A stretch of 63,211 nucleotides of DNA, the filler included, from Conidiobolus incongruus B7586 (Eukaryota): the NCBI GenBank assembly GCA_000697335.1. It is 5 parts of 5 records of this genome, joined end to end, with 100 filler letters (N's around TTAATTAATTAA, not from the genome) between each part and the next. Parts side by side here need not be neighbours in the genome. Positions count along the whole stretch, not along the records: positions 1 to 18,775 come from JNEM01006099.1; positions 18,876 to 37,565 come from JNEM01006100.1; 3 more parts are not named here. One strand, written 5' to 3'. A program made the translations under genes and the position numbers. Shown one piece after another: positions 12,401 through 24,996 of the stretch (its first letter is position 1; every line of letters begins with the position of its first letter). The notes below the pieces were generated by a model. The model ran no database searches. It was not told where the DNA came from and saw only the letters and a program-made list of their open reading frames with translations.

Positions 12401-15400
12401 CCCAGTTTCAAAACATAATTCAAAATATACTTTCAGGTGTGTTTAATCAGGTTTTAAAAATAACTTATATCTTAATATCCATTACATTATTTTCTTCAAA
12501 TTCTCATTTCCATTTTATGTTATTTATTATAAATTATTTAAAATAATAAAAAAATATGTATATTAAATATAATATTTTAAAGTAAATTATTTTGAATAAA
12601 TTTATTGTTATTTCAACTAAAGCTATTATAAAAAATGAAAATATATACTTTAAAATATTATAACCGTTAAATTATCTTCAATCGAATTATTAATAAAAGA
12701 TAATATATTTACTTAATCCGACCGTTTTCTCAAGCAATTTACAAATTAATATGGATTTTTTCTAATTGTTGAGTTAAAATGAAATAATAGATATATTAAT
12801 GATGATAATATTGTTGATCTTAATTTTAGAAAATAACATTCAAATCTTCTCTTTGAAAGTAATGCAAATCATATGATATTTAGTGCTTTTAAAATGTTAT
12901 TAATTTCATTAATCCCTAATTATAATTTACTTTAATAAATTAGCCGTTTCAGTTAATTGGTTAATAATTTTAATATAATAATATATTCAATAAATATTAT
13001 AAATGATAAAATTATTAATATTATATTTTCAAAGATATACTTTAAACTTAATATTAATTCTCTCCGAAAAAGTAACCACAATTTAACATAAAATTAATCA
13101 AATATAATCTTATTCTGAAATATTGATTTCAGCCACTTAATCTAAACTAAATATTAGTCTGTACTGATGAGATAATTTCAGGTGACACAGCATTAAATTG
13201 ATAATTCTGATTTCATTAAAATCAGGTATTCTCTTATCCTGCAACAATTCGAAGTATGAAATTGAACTGATTATCCAATTTGTCACAAATTTCATTAAAT
13301 GTAAGAAATATTAATTGAATATTAAGAACTTGATTATATAAATAAATAATGAATATTGAGGCAAATCACTATACATTTTATATTATTCTATATTACTTAT
13401 TAATAAATTATTCTATTTAGAAATTTTAAAATAATTGAAACAAAAATTAAAAAATTTATTGTTATAATTTGAATTATTCTATTTTATTAATATTTGTTAT
13501 TAAAATTAAAATATTTTTATTAAATTCTATATTTAGTAAAATTTTAATTTTTACTAATAACCTTTTAATAGTATAATTTATAATTAGTGTGATTATAATA
13601 TGCAAGTATACATATTGTTTCAATAATAGGAGACAATTAAGAAAATCTAACTATCAGTGTGTAGATCAAATATATTCGGGAAATTGTTCTAATCGGTTAA
13701 ATGGTTTGAATATTTTGGTAAATGATTAAATATCTTTATAAAAATTGACTATTTTTAGTCCAAATATATATATATATATATTTATATTAAACTTAATAAT
13801 TTCAATATTTTATAATGTTTCAAGCAAATATTATAATTAATTTTTATTAAATTTTTGGAATCAATCTTTATAATAACTTTTAAAAAAAGATTTTTCAAAT
13901 CCGAATTATATAATGAATCAATAAATATAAAACAATATTATATATATATCTCAATGGATAATATTATACTTTATAATTTTATCTTGATATTATTTCAAAT
14001 AGTTATTAAATTTGATTTAAAAAACCACTTTAAAATAAATGAAATACAATATGCTTCAATTAAATAAAATATGCATTAAATTTAAATATAAAATAATAAA
14101 TTATGCAAAAAAATATTTCAGCTGCGAAACGACAGTTAGTGTATGATGGCTTTAAATGTTTAAGCAAAATATATTAAATAACCTAAACAATCAAAATCTA
14201 TATTTATCATAATATTGGCTTCATAATTATTTCTAGCATTTAGAAATTTTAGATCAGTATTGCGTTTGATTCACTTTGAATCAATATAAACGAAATATTA
14301 ATTGATTGAATTAGATTAAAATTATTCAATACATTTTAAATATATTATTTGTATAGTATACTTAATCTCTAATAATTTTCCTTATCATTTGAAATTATTA
14401 CCTACTATTTTTTAAAATAATGATACTTCTAGACAATAGTTACACTGATTAGAATTAGAAGAATCAATTAATAGTTTCAATCGTTTAACTCTAATTTGTA
14501 AATTATGATATATTAGCAATATTTATATAGTCTTTAAATATCAATATTGAGATATAGCATTCATCAGATATATTTATATAGTATAATTTTCCTTTTACCT
14601 AATAATATACAATTCAGATTGAAAAAAAATGGATATATAATTACAATAGTAAAATTCCTAATTGACTGAGTTTACCAAAATAAAAGTTCAATATATTTAT
14701 GATTAATATTTTATTTTATTTATTAGAATATCCTCAATATATTGATTTTATATGAAAGCAATGATAGGAGACTAATAGAAGTGCTTTGAAAATCTTTCTA
14801 CAAAACTTAAAAATAAATATTATGCAGTTTTAAATTATGAAATTCTAAACTAATTTCATATTGTAAATTATTAATCATGAACAAAATTACATCAAACATC
14901 ACTTAGAATATATGCATACAAAATCTATTCATAAACAATCAATATTATTACTTTATGATTTTCTATTAACTAATTGAATTTATTATATTTGTGTTTATAC
15001 TAATGTTGATCGATACTATTTTTTAATTTATTTATCTCCAAACTTTTAATCCCAATTAAATCTTTCACAATCATAAAAATAGATCGCGATATTGGAGTAA
15101 TAATCCTCTAAATTACTTCATAATGAAGTCACCAATCATATTAAATATTAAAAATTTATTTACAAATTAAAAGATTCAATATTATAAATTATAAATTTAA
15201 TTAATATAAATAAAATTGAAAAAATTTTGATATCCTTTTAATTAAGAAGCTTTTAGAATTAATATAATATAATATTATATTCACCCTAATATTCTAAAAA
15301 TTATATTTAATATAAAATATTTTAAATCCTTTAAAATCGCTCAAGATTCTTAATAAATTGACTAATTTTCTAACAAATTAAAACTTTTTTTATTAATTCA

Positions 15401-18400
15401 AATTTTCTAATACATGAATCAAGACCACTAATTGAAATTAATATTTGGCACAAATTTTGGCATTTTTTTCTTGGTATTTGATGTAACATCGGATTTTAAT
15501 TGATTTGAGTAACATAATGGAGTTACTGCTATTTGGGACTTAATTACAAATTGGATATTTATAACTTTATCCATTAATTAATTTGACCATTTCTGAATGA
15601 AATTATATATCATCATTAAAATTTGAGGTATTAAAATTACTAAGATGATTTCCAAACTAATAGATTTGTATATATAGTGTAAAAAAAATACTAGTACTAA
15701 GATTGCAGTTTTATAAAGAATTCGTGAAATGATTTGTATAATTTATGTGACTATAGTGACTTGTTTGGAAATTTCGGTGATACTGAATCAAATATCATAT
15801 CATTTGTATCACGAACTTAATTATTAATTTAATTTATTATCCTATCACTACCTACTTAAGAATCTATTTAATTTTTATTATTTAATATATAGTGACTGAT
15901 ATATATATAATTTTATTTAATAATTAGAGAATATTTAATTAAGTATATGAAACATTAAATATGTGCTAAATTATCATATTAAATATTTATTAACAATAAT
16001 TAAATTCATTGTAATTATTAGATAACTACAATTATCACAATAATAAAATAAAAAAATGAGATTAATAGAATATATTATGATAATTTAATAACAATTATAT
16101 CTAATTTTACAAAAATCAAAATATCATTCTTTTGGAGGAATTCATAGTTTAGATACAAGAAATAATCCTAGTACTTATTTACAAATATATTGACAATTAA
16201 TATTAGGTAAGTCAATTTTATAATCAATTGATATCATAAAATTATTTTTAATATGAATATAAAAATTATTGAGTTTTGTTTAAATAATAAAATGATAAAA
16301 TAATTAATTATTGATTATATAAAAATAAATTATTTTTAGTAAGCAAACATAAAAAATATATTTATAATGAAAATTATTCAATAAAATTGATATTTTATTT
16401 TTAAATATTATTTAATATAATTTTTCGCTATTCTCTCAAGATTAAATAACTATAAGGTTTGAAATATATAATAATAATTGTGGATCAATTGGTAAGAAGT
16501 AATATTTTAACTATTTTATAATTAAACTATATATATATATATTTTAATATTTTATTAAAAGTTCAAAATTCTATTAAATCATTTACTAATAGGTATTATT
16601 AATATGTACTCGGACCAGTAAATAGCTAAATATATAGATTCTTAAATTATTTCAATGTTAAGAATATTGAACTATATTATTTATAGTTTGGATACAGTAG
16701 TATAGAGAATTAATTCTATTAATAGATATGAGAGATTTTAAGTTGTTTTTATTTATTAACTTTTAAAATGATTTCAATTCAATATATTAAAATTGAGAAA
16801 GAGAAAATAAGGTTTATTTATTATTCAAAATAATATATTACTAATATAGAGTTCATAATTATACGCTGTATCCAATAATAAATATTCTATAGAAAATCAT
16901 ATTGAAATTATAGTTAAATCCAGTTGAAAAGAAGGTAATACCTTCATTAAAATCTCTTATATTAATACGAATATCAGAATTTTTAAATCTTATTTACTTT
17001 AATTAAATATTTTATTAATATTATTAATTTGCATTTCATTGAATTCAATTTTGATATATTGAATATAAATTCTAGATAATTAGAGTGTGCAAATTTAATT
17101 GATCAAAACTATTCAAAATTTTAATCAAATTTTGCATTAATGAAATGTAATATAAATTTAATATTAAATCAAGTTAATTGACAAGATTGTGTATTTATTG
17201 CTGTTTTATGGTATGCACTTTTGACCAAATTTTATATACAAAATTAGATTATATAATATGAGATTTGATAGTTAATGTATAATTTGGCATATTTAAAATA
17301 CAATATTTACTATTAGTGAGAGAAATTTTATTGGTTTTAATATAACTATTATGTTAAATGAATTTAATAATAATGGTTGTAGAATTAGAATTTAAGAACC
17401 AATGCTATATAATAGAATATTTTTTAATTATTCTGTATCAAAAATGTTTGTTAAAAAATTATCACTTGAATTTGAAAATATATTTAATAAGACAAGATTT
17501 ATATTTAGCTTAATAAAAAAGCTTTTTTTATTATAAATAATATTTACTGTTATATTTTGAAATTACCTATCAGTCTTAATTCAATAGTTAATTATATATT
17601 TTCTCTCATTTTAGTGGCTTTGTCAGTCTATAACTAAATAATGCTCTTTGTTCTTATCGTTAGTTTTTAAGCAGATTCTATACCCTTTACTAAATCTAAT
17701 ATTTAAACAGAAAAGTGAAAAAGATAGAAAAAAGGGTTTTTGTGGATATTCTGCTATAATATCTCAATAGTAAGTTATCAGATATATAATCTCAATATAT
17801 TAAAGAGCATGATTAATAAATAATTTTTTAAATCATATTATAAGTACTTTTCTAACAACCATTTTAATTTACGAAACTTATTACAAAACACAATATTTAC
17901 AATATTATTACAATAAATAAATTATTTTTATCAATTTTTTAACTTTTAAAAGTTTATATTAATTTTCAACTTATATTGTATATCAATGCCATTTCCAATA
18001 AGATTATTGATATTATATTTGATCTAAATGATAAATAATACTATACTAATAGCTTTGAAATTCATAAATTTATAGTTAAAATATTCAATTAATAAAATAG
18101 ATAGAGATATTAATTTAAAAGGTATTTAATAATTGTCAATATTTTAATTACTCTAATTTAGTTCTTTCAAATAACTAATAAACATAGTTTGAGGTTTAAT
18201 TAATTGTAAATTTTAATTATTCAATTAGTTATAAGATAATGAGTTAACTTTTTACTATATTTATAAATTTGATATAAATATCTATTTTAACAAAAAAAAC
18301 AGATATGAAGAAATTAAATAAGTGATTCAATATATATATTAAAAAGTATAAATCTTTAGTTATATAATATTATAATTTTTCAAAACTCAAATTGCTCTAG

Positions 18401-18775
18401 ATATAAATAAACCTATTTTATATATTTATCATAAATCCTATTAAATCCTATATCTGTGATATATTCATAAATATTAGTACTTAAATTTTTTAACTCTGAA
18501 TTTAATAATTAATATATCAAAAATTATATATATTTTTTAATGAATTTATAATCTAAAAACTTGATTAAGTTTATAAGTTAAAATTTTATAAAAAGATTTA
18601 TAATTATATAAAAATATAAATCTTAATAAATATGAAAATATTTAAGTTAATTATTTTATTAATGATAATTATGTTATAATATAATGAATATTTTAAACTA
18701 GAATAAAAGATTGTATTTTTTTTTGAAAAATTAATTATAAATACTATATTTAATTTTTAAATTATTAATTAAATT

Positions 18776-18875
18776 NNNNNNNNNNNNNNNNNNNNNNNNN
18801 NNNNNNNNNNNNNNNNNNNTTAATTAATTAANNNNNNNNNNNNNNNNNNNNNNNNNNNNNNNNNNNNNNNNNNNN
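18776..18875. other. Assembly gap with artificial six-frame-stop spacer
   Basis: 44 N + TTAATTAATTAA + 44 N = 100 bp, identical at all four gaps. Confidence 0.97.
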
Positions 18876-20987
18876 TATATTAACCAATACTTAATGAAAT
18901 ATAATCAAATATAATTAGTTATAATCAAATAATATAAGTAAATTATATATTTTAATTTAAATTTATTTAATTAAAAATTATTTAAGATATAAGTAAATAT
19001 AAAATTAATTTTAATTTTATGATTCACTTTTATAGGCTAGTATATATATATATATATTGAAAATATTAATTCTCCTATATATTTATATATTTAATCTTAT
19101 AAAAGTAACAATATGCTTGAGAAATTAAAATTATAAATTTTTTTCTTCTATACTAATAAATTTCCAAAATAATATAATTTTATTTATAAATATTCATATT
19201 CATTCTATAATTTTTTACATTTTCTCAAATTGTAAATATTCCAACAAAAATACCTTGATTAAAAATAATTTATGCATAATAAAGGTATAATTATTATTTT
19301 CATGAATCTAATATAATTATATATTTTATATCATTCAAAATGAATTTAAATATTAACACAAAAAATTGTTTTGATTGATATTAGATTCATATCAAAGATT
19401 ATATTCACTTTTAAAATGTTATAATGAAAAATATCTAAATAGAAATATATTCAAAAGTTTATTCATATTTCTGCGATTATATGAATTGGGATTAAAACGC
19501 TACTATATTTTTGAAACAACAATATAATTTGGATAACCATAAGTAATCACATCCATCTATTATTATTAATTTCATCAAATATTAAACATTACAAACTTGA
19601 AATATTCATCACTATTTTTGTTAAGTATTTCACATGACTTGAGTATTTCGAATATTAACTGTTTTGCAAATTCAATCCTTATAAGACTAGGATTTTAAAT
19701 ATATTTCAATTAATGTTTTATATTTCCAATTTCACTTCACTGCGGATCTACACCTCAAATTTTAAAAATAAACTTTTATAAAAATATTTTGTGAGCACAA
19801 ATATAAATTAAAAAAGATTTTAAAGAGATTTTGCTGATAGACTAATAATATATATCTATATCGTAGAGCATATGATGATACTTAATATAAAATATATCTC
19901 TCTTTGTGATAATGCATTAAATTGTAATATTGAAATTCATTATACAAAGCAACTCCAGTATTAATCATTGAATGACAAAAAATTACTCTATTAAAAGCAA
20001 TTCTATTTGAAAAGTATTTTAAAGTGAAACTTTCTATGTATTCAATATCTAAATCAATTTGTTTTAAATTTTATTAATATAAATTTGATGAGAATAATAT
20101 TTAAAAAAATTTAAAATTCAAAGGGTAATATCATATATAATTATTAATGCGCATTTAAAAATTTTCAAACAATAGGTTTGGTAATTGAGTATTCAAAGAA
20201 AATAAAATGAGTTGAAAAAAACTATTTTAGAGTGTATTCCAAGCGAATAAAATTATCAATTTATTAGGGTGATTGTAACATTTCCTCGTCTCAGTGTAAA
20301 ATAGCATATTTTGCAAGTCCATCCGCAATGTCTCATCGATTCACATTCTCTTATAGAGCTTTTTAAATACTATAATTCATATGTTATATATACTATATAT
20401 GGAGTATCCGAATCCAGTCATATGTATCAATTTATTCTCAAGTACTTTTTCTGGTCTAAAATAACTCGTTAAAAAAGCTATAATCGCTGACACAATGTCT
20501 CCCCCGCCGAGACATCTCCAATGGACTTGTAGTGATTTTGTTGATTTTTGTCAATTTCAAAATATTAATCGGTCAAATGGTATTTAAACAATTTATACCT
20601 ACAATCAAAAAGAGAATAATTTTACAGAATATTCTAATATATTACCAGTTGATCATAATAAAATTTCATTACACTTGTCAATACTTTTGTAATCATATGA
20701 AATTTGGGTAATCAAATTTTTCATAATTATTTAGGACTTGTAATTTAAATACATGAATTGAAGGGAATATTCATTTTTATTGGCTTTTGAAAAATAATAA
20801 TGATCATTGATTGGTTAGTTCTCCTTTCACCTTCACATGTAATTTTTATAAACAAGAAGCATGACCAAACGGCAAATGGATTTATTGATATAAATATCAG
20901 GGTACACTAAAAATTCAAGTTACAACTTTCATTCAATAAAATTCAAAATAACTTTTGTATTTTACTAGCATCTATCTACTCAATAAT

Positions 20988-22232
20988 ATGGCTAACTCTC
21001 GCTTACAATTAATTTCAAATCACTTAAGTAGCTCTCGTTTATCTCCCACTAAAATAGGCCAAAAGTCACCCGATGACGTCGTTATTGTTGCTGCAGTTCG
21101 AACTCCTCTTACCAAAGCTCGTAAGGGTGGTTTGAAAGATACCTGCATTGAAGATATGCTTTCTGTTGTTTTCAAGGAACTTATCAACCGCTCCAAAGTT
21201 GACCCCAAGTTAATTGAAGATGTTGTTATTGGTAACTGTTTAACTTCTACTGCTGCCACCGTCTCTCGTATGGCATCTCTTCATGCTGGAATTCCTCACA
21301 CTGCCGGATGTGCCTCTATTAACAGACAGTGCTCTTCAGGTTTACAAGCTTGCGTTACTATTGCCAATTCTATTCAAACCGGTCTTATCGATATCGGTAT
21401 TGGTGGTGGTGCCGAATCTATGACTATCTATTCTAATTTCTTCCCAGCTGAAAAGATTTCTGAAGAAATTCCAGAGAATCCAGAAGCTCGCGACTGTTTG
21501 ACCCCTATGGGTAACACTTCCGAGAATGTTGCTAGAGAATTCAAGATTGCCAGAGAAACCCAAGATGAATTTGCCTTAGAATCACATAGGAAGGCTATAG
21601 CTGCTCAGAAGGCTGGTTACTTCAAGGAAGAAATTGTTCCCATCACTGTCACGGTTACTGATAAGGAAGGTAATGAAAAGAAAGTTACTTTAGATAAAGA
21701 TGATGGTGCTCGTGATGGTTTAACTATTGAGAACCTTCGTAAATTGAGACCTGCTTTTGAAGAGGATGGTAGTACTACCGCTGGTAACTCTTCCCAAGTC
21801 ACAGATGGTGCCGCTGCTGTACTTTTAGCTCGCCGTAGCAAAGCCGAAGAATTGGGTCTTCCTATCATTGGTAAATATGTGACCTCCGCTGTCGTTGGTG
21901 TTCCTCCAAGCATCATGGGTATTGGTCCTGTTGCTGCTATTCCCGAAGCTTGTCGCCGCGCTGGAATCTCTGTCAACGACGTTGATATTTATGAACTCAA
22001 CGAAGCTTTCGCTTCTCAAGCAACCTACTGCATCAATAAGCTTGGTATCGACCCTAAAAAGGTTAACCCCAAGGGTGGTGCTATTGCACTTGGTCATCCT
22101 TTGGGATGTACTGGTGCTCGTTTAATTGCTACTTTAATGCCCGAACTCAAGCGTCAAGGCAAAAAGGTTGGTGCTGTGACCATGTGTATAGGTACTGGTA
22201 TGGGTATGTGCGCCATTTTCGAACGTGAATAA
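20988..22232 (+). CDS. POT1: Peroxisomal 3-ketoacyl-CoA thiolase, 414 aa, intronless
   Basis: ATG at 20988. N-terminal PTS2 RLQLISNHL (RLx5HL). Thiolase catalytic motifs NRQCSSGLQA, ELNEAFA, GGAIALGHPLG and MCIGTGMG. Confidence 0.96.
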   Translation: MANSRLQLISNHLSSSRLSPTKIGQKSPDDVVIVAAVRTPLTKARKGGLKDTCIEDMLSVVFKELINRSKVDPKLIEDVVIGNCLTSTAATVSRMASLHAGIPHTAGCASINRQCSSGLQACVTIANSIQTGLIDIGIGGGAESMTIYSNFFPAEKISEEIPENPEARDCLTPMGNTSENVAREFKIARETQDEFALESHRKAIAAQKAGYFKEEIVPITVTVTDKEGNEKKVTLDKDDGARDGLTIENLRKLRPAFEEDGSTTAGNSSQVTDGAAAVLLARRSKAEELGLPIIGKYVTSAVVGVPPSIMGIGPVAAIPEACRRAGISVNDVDIYELNEAFASQATYCINKLGIDPKKVNPKGGAIALGHPLGCTGARLIATLMPELKRQGKKVGAVTMCIGTGMGMCAIFERE

Positions 22233-24996
22233 TCATCTAACTTGGGACTTGCGTGAAATATCTTGACTTTATGTATTATTAAACTTTTTTAATAACTCAA
22301 TTTAATATGCATAAAAATATTGTAATTTTTGCTTCATTTAATAACCCGAATTCCCTATAAGAAAAACATTTTGAATAATAAACCAAGTATCTTATATTTT
22401 CACTTGATTAGTTTAAATTGATTAATTTTATAAATAGTATCATTAAATATATTCAATTGATTTTACAATTGTTTTTAATTTGGTAAATTTCAAATTATAT
22501 CCTTGTATATTCAGATTTTATCATTCAAAAATTTCATCTATATTTGTTTTTCATACTACAAATAATTTAACCTTTTTAATCAATCAAATAATAATGTTAA
22601 TAATATTATTAAAGATATTTAAGAATAGATTAATAGATACTAAATTATAATTATTTTATTTGTCACGTGAAATAATACAATAACCTTAATTATATTGACA
22701 AATTGAAAATGAATTGATCACCATTACTTACCCCTTTATTATCCCATATAAAAATATTGATATATTACTAAAATTCAAGTTTTCCTACTTAAGTGCTATT
22801 AAAATATAATAAAGTAAATCACTTAAATAATTAGCTTACCTTTCTCCTTATTTGATGGCTTGATCCCTTTGAATTTCATTTAACGACGATAATTAATCAA
22901 AGTATTTTAATTTATTAAAATCAATATTAGAGTTTGGATACACAAGTATTAAAATTGTAAAACTTAAATTTTAAAATTTTGTATATTGTAGCTTGAGCTA
23001 CCAGATTTTGGTTGAACTGTATTACTAACAAATTCTAATAATAATAATAAATCCATCAATACTCTATTTTATATCATAAATCCATAATTTTTACCTTGTT
23101 TATGATATTTACCGAAAATGATATTAGTCAATTTATAGACCGTATTATTCATTTCACAATTCATCAATTTCATTTTTTATAAAATCTTGAATTAAAACCA
23201 ATATGATGATTGATAATTACAATACATTACAGTAATTAAAGTTACAGTGCTTAGCTTAATCCTAATAATTTGATAGCTACTTTCTGAGGTTTATTCTACA
23301 GTAACTAAGTAATACACAACAGATTCATCAATTTGGTGATTACTGTTACATTCTTTATCATATCAAATATAATAAATTAAATTTACAATTATTGGTATTT
23401 ATCAACTTTTATATAATTGCATTTTCCAAAATTATTAACCAATCAGAAATTTTATTATAAACAATAATAGAAGTAGAATACTTAAAATTTGCTCATTAAA
23501 ATGATTAATGTATGTGTTTTTAGGTATACTTGAATTGCTTCTTGGAGTATTTTAATTACCACTTTGCTGTTTTTGCGTTGGACTTTCACTCATTATAAAA
23601 AATTTCAATTGTTTAGAGATCATTGAAAATTTGACCAAGATTACTGAATATTTATTTGTAGCTTCAATATAGAATTGATTAATATAGAGATCAATGATCT
23701 CTACATTTGGACTAGCAAATATCACTCACTATTTCATGAAGAATTCAATGTTTAATTTCCTGTATATTATTGACTTGAGAGTGAGTTGGTAATTGATATA
23801 TTAGAGAATAAAATTCAAAATTTATATTGAATGAAATGACCAATTAAAACGATTTTAAACATTATGTTAATAATTAAATCATATATTTTATGCTAATTCA
23901 TCGAGATATTTAAATAGATAGAATGATATGAATGTCATTCATATACATCATTCTGTTGTCTATTTGGGTTCCAATATAAACATTTGCATTTGGAAGTAAT
24001 TTTGATAATTAATTCATATGAAAAATATTATTGAAAAAATAACAATGTAAAATAGTATAAATTAATTAAGTATTTCATTATAAAAATATGCTTACGATGT
24101 AGTTTTTCACTTACTAAAGTAATATAAATTAACTAAAGAATTGTAATAATAGTATTTATTATTATTTAAATCGATTTAATTATACATTTTAGAAATTAAA
24201 AAAATTGAATCATCTACCAAATCTTTCATAATTCATTTTAAAGATGATATTTAAATAAACCAAATACAAATCAATTATTTTGACAAATTAGATAAAATGA
24301 GATCTTTATATTATATTGATAAATTTTTTTATAAGCTGAAAATAGATGACAAGATTAATAGAAGATTATTAACCACATATCCGAAAATTAAATATGTTAC
24401 TAACAAACTAAAATATAATCTTCTCATTAATCATAAAATATAATTAAAAACTATCTAATTTTTGCAAAAATTTATAAAATTGGAATAGTAAGAGAAATGA
24501 ATTTTCCTAGTTTTAATTATACTACATTGACCAAGAATCTAATTGTTTCAGTTTCCTTAAATGGGCTATTTTAATATGAATATGATTGAAAGGTATATTA
24601 ATATATTACAACAGTCATATTTGTGAAGCTAACTAATAACTGTTATTTCAATATTTTTGATACGAGAGATATGAAATTAAGTCTTTTAATATATCGATAT
24701 TATATTCCCCATTCATTTAATAATATCAGCAGTATAACAAAAAAATTAGAATACTATAATAATTGAAATCAAATAACAATATTATATTTTTAACCATTAA
24801 CTTAATTCTCAAATATCAAGTATTAAAATATAGTAAGGATTTGTCAATGTTTTCAGTAAATATTAAATGATAATTGAGTACTGAAGTAGTTAGAAGAAAT
24901 TGATTGTACATAGTTAATTCAAACATAATATAATGATAAATATTTAACAACCTAATACGTTTAGTTTTTGATAATTTTAAATGATCACATGTGTTA

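Noticed and set aside
13165..13210. TGATGA...CTGA pair resembling a C/D box snoRNA
   Set aside because: Too short, with no terminal stem or recognisable rRNA antisense element; expected by chance in AT-rich DNA.
18820..18831. Identical palindrome TTAATTAATTAA recurring at four sites (18820, 37610, 49277, 59198)
   Set aside because: Always centred in exactly 100 bp of N padding; an artificial linker with stops in all six frames, not biology.
20284..20512. FarA-like (CCTCGG/CCGAGG) fatty-acid response sites upstream of the thiolase
   Set aside because: Only near matches (CCTCGT, CCGAGA); not supportable.
20955..20987. TTG-initiated N-terminal extension of the thiolase ORF
   Set aside because: The ATG at 20988 is in good context and places the PTS2 at the N-terminus; the extension looks like AT-rich UTR.
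21020..22125. Several antisense or overlapping ORFs inside the thiolase, and similar ones inside PCCB, MetRS, GlyRS, KDM5 and the Zn2Cys6 gene
   Set aside because: Shadow ORFs arising from codon bias in real genes; no recognisable motifs.
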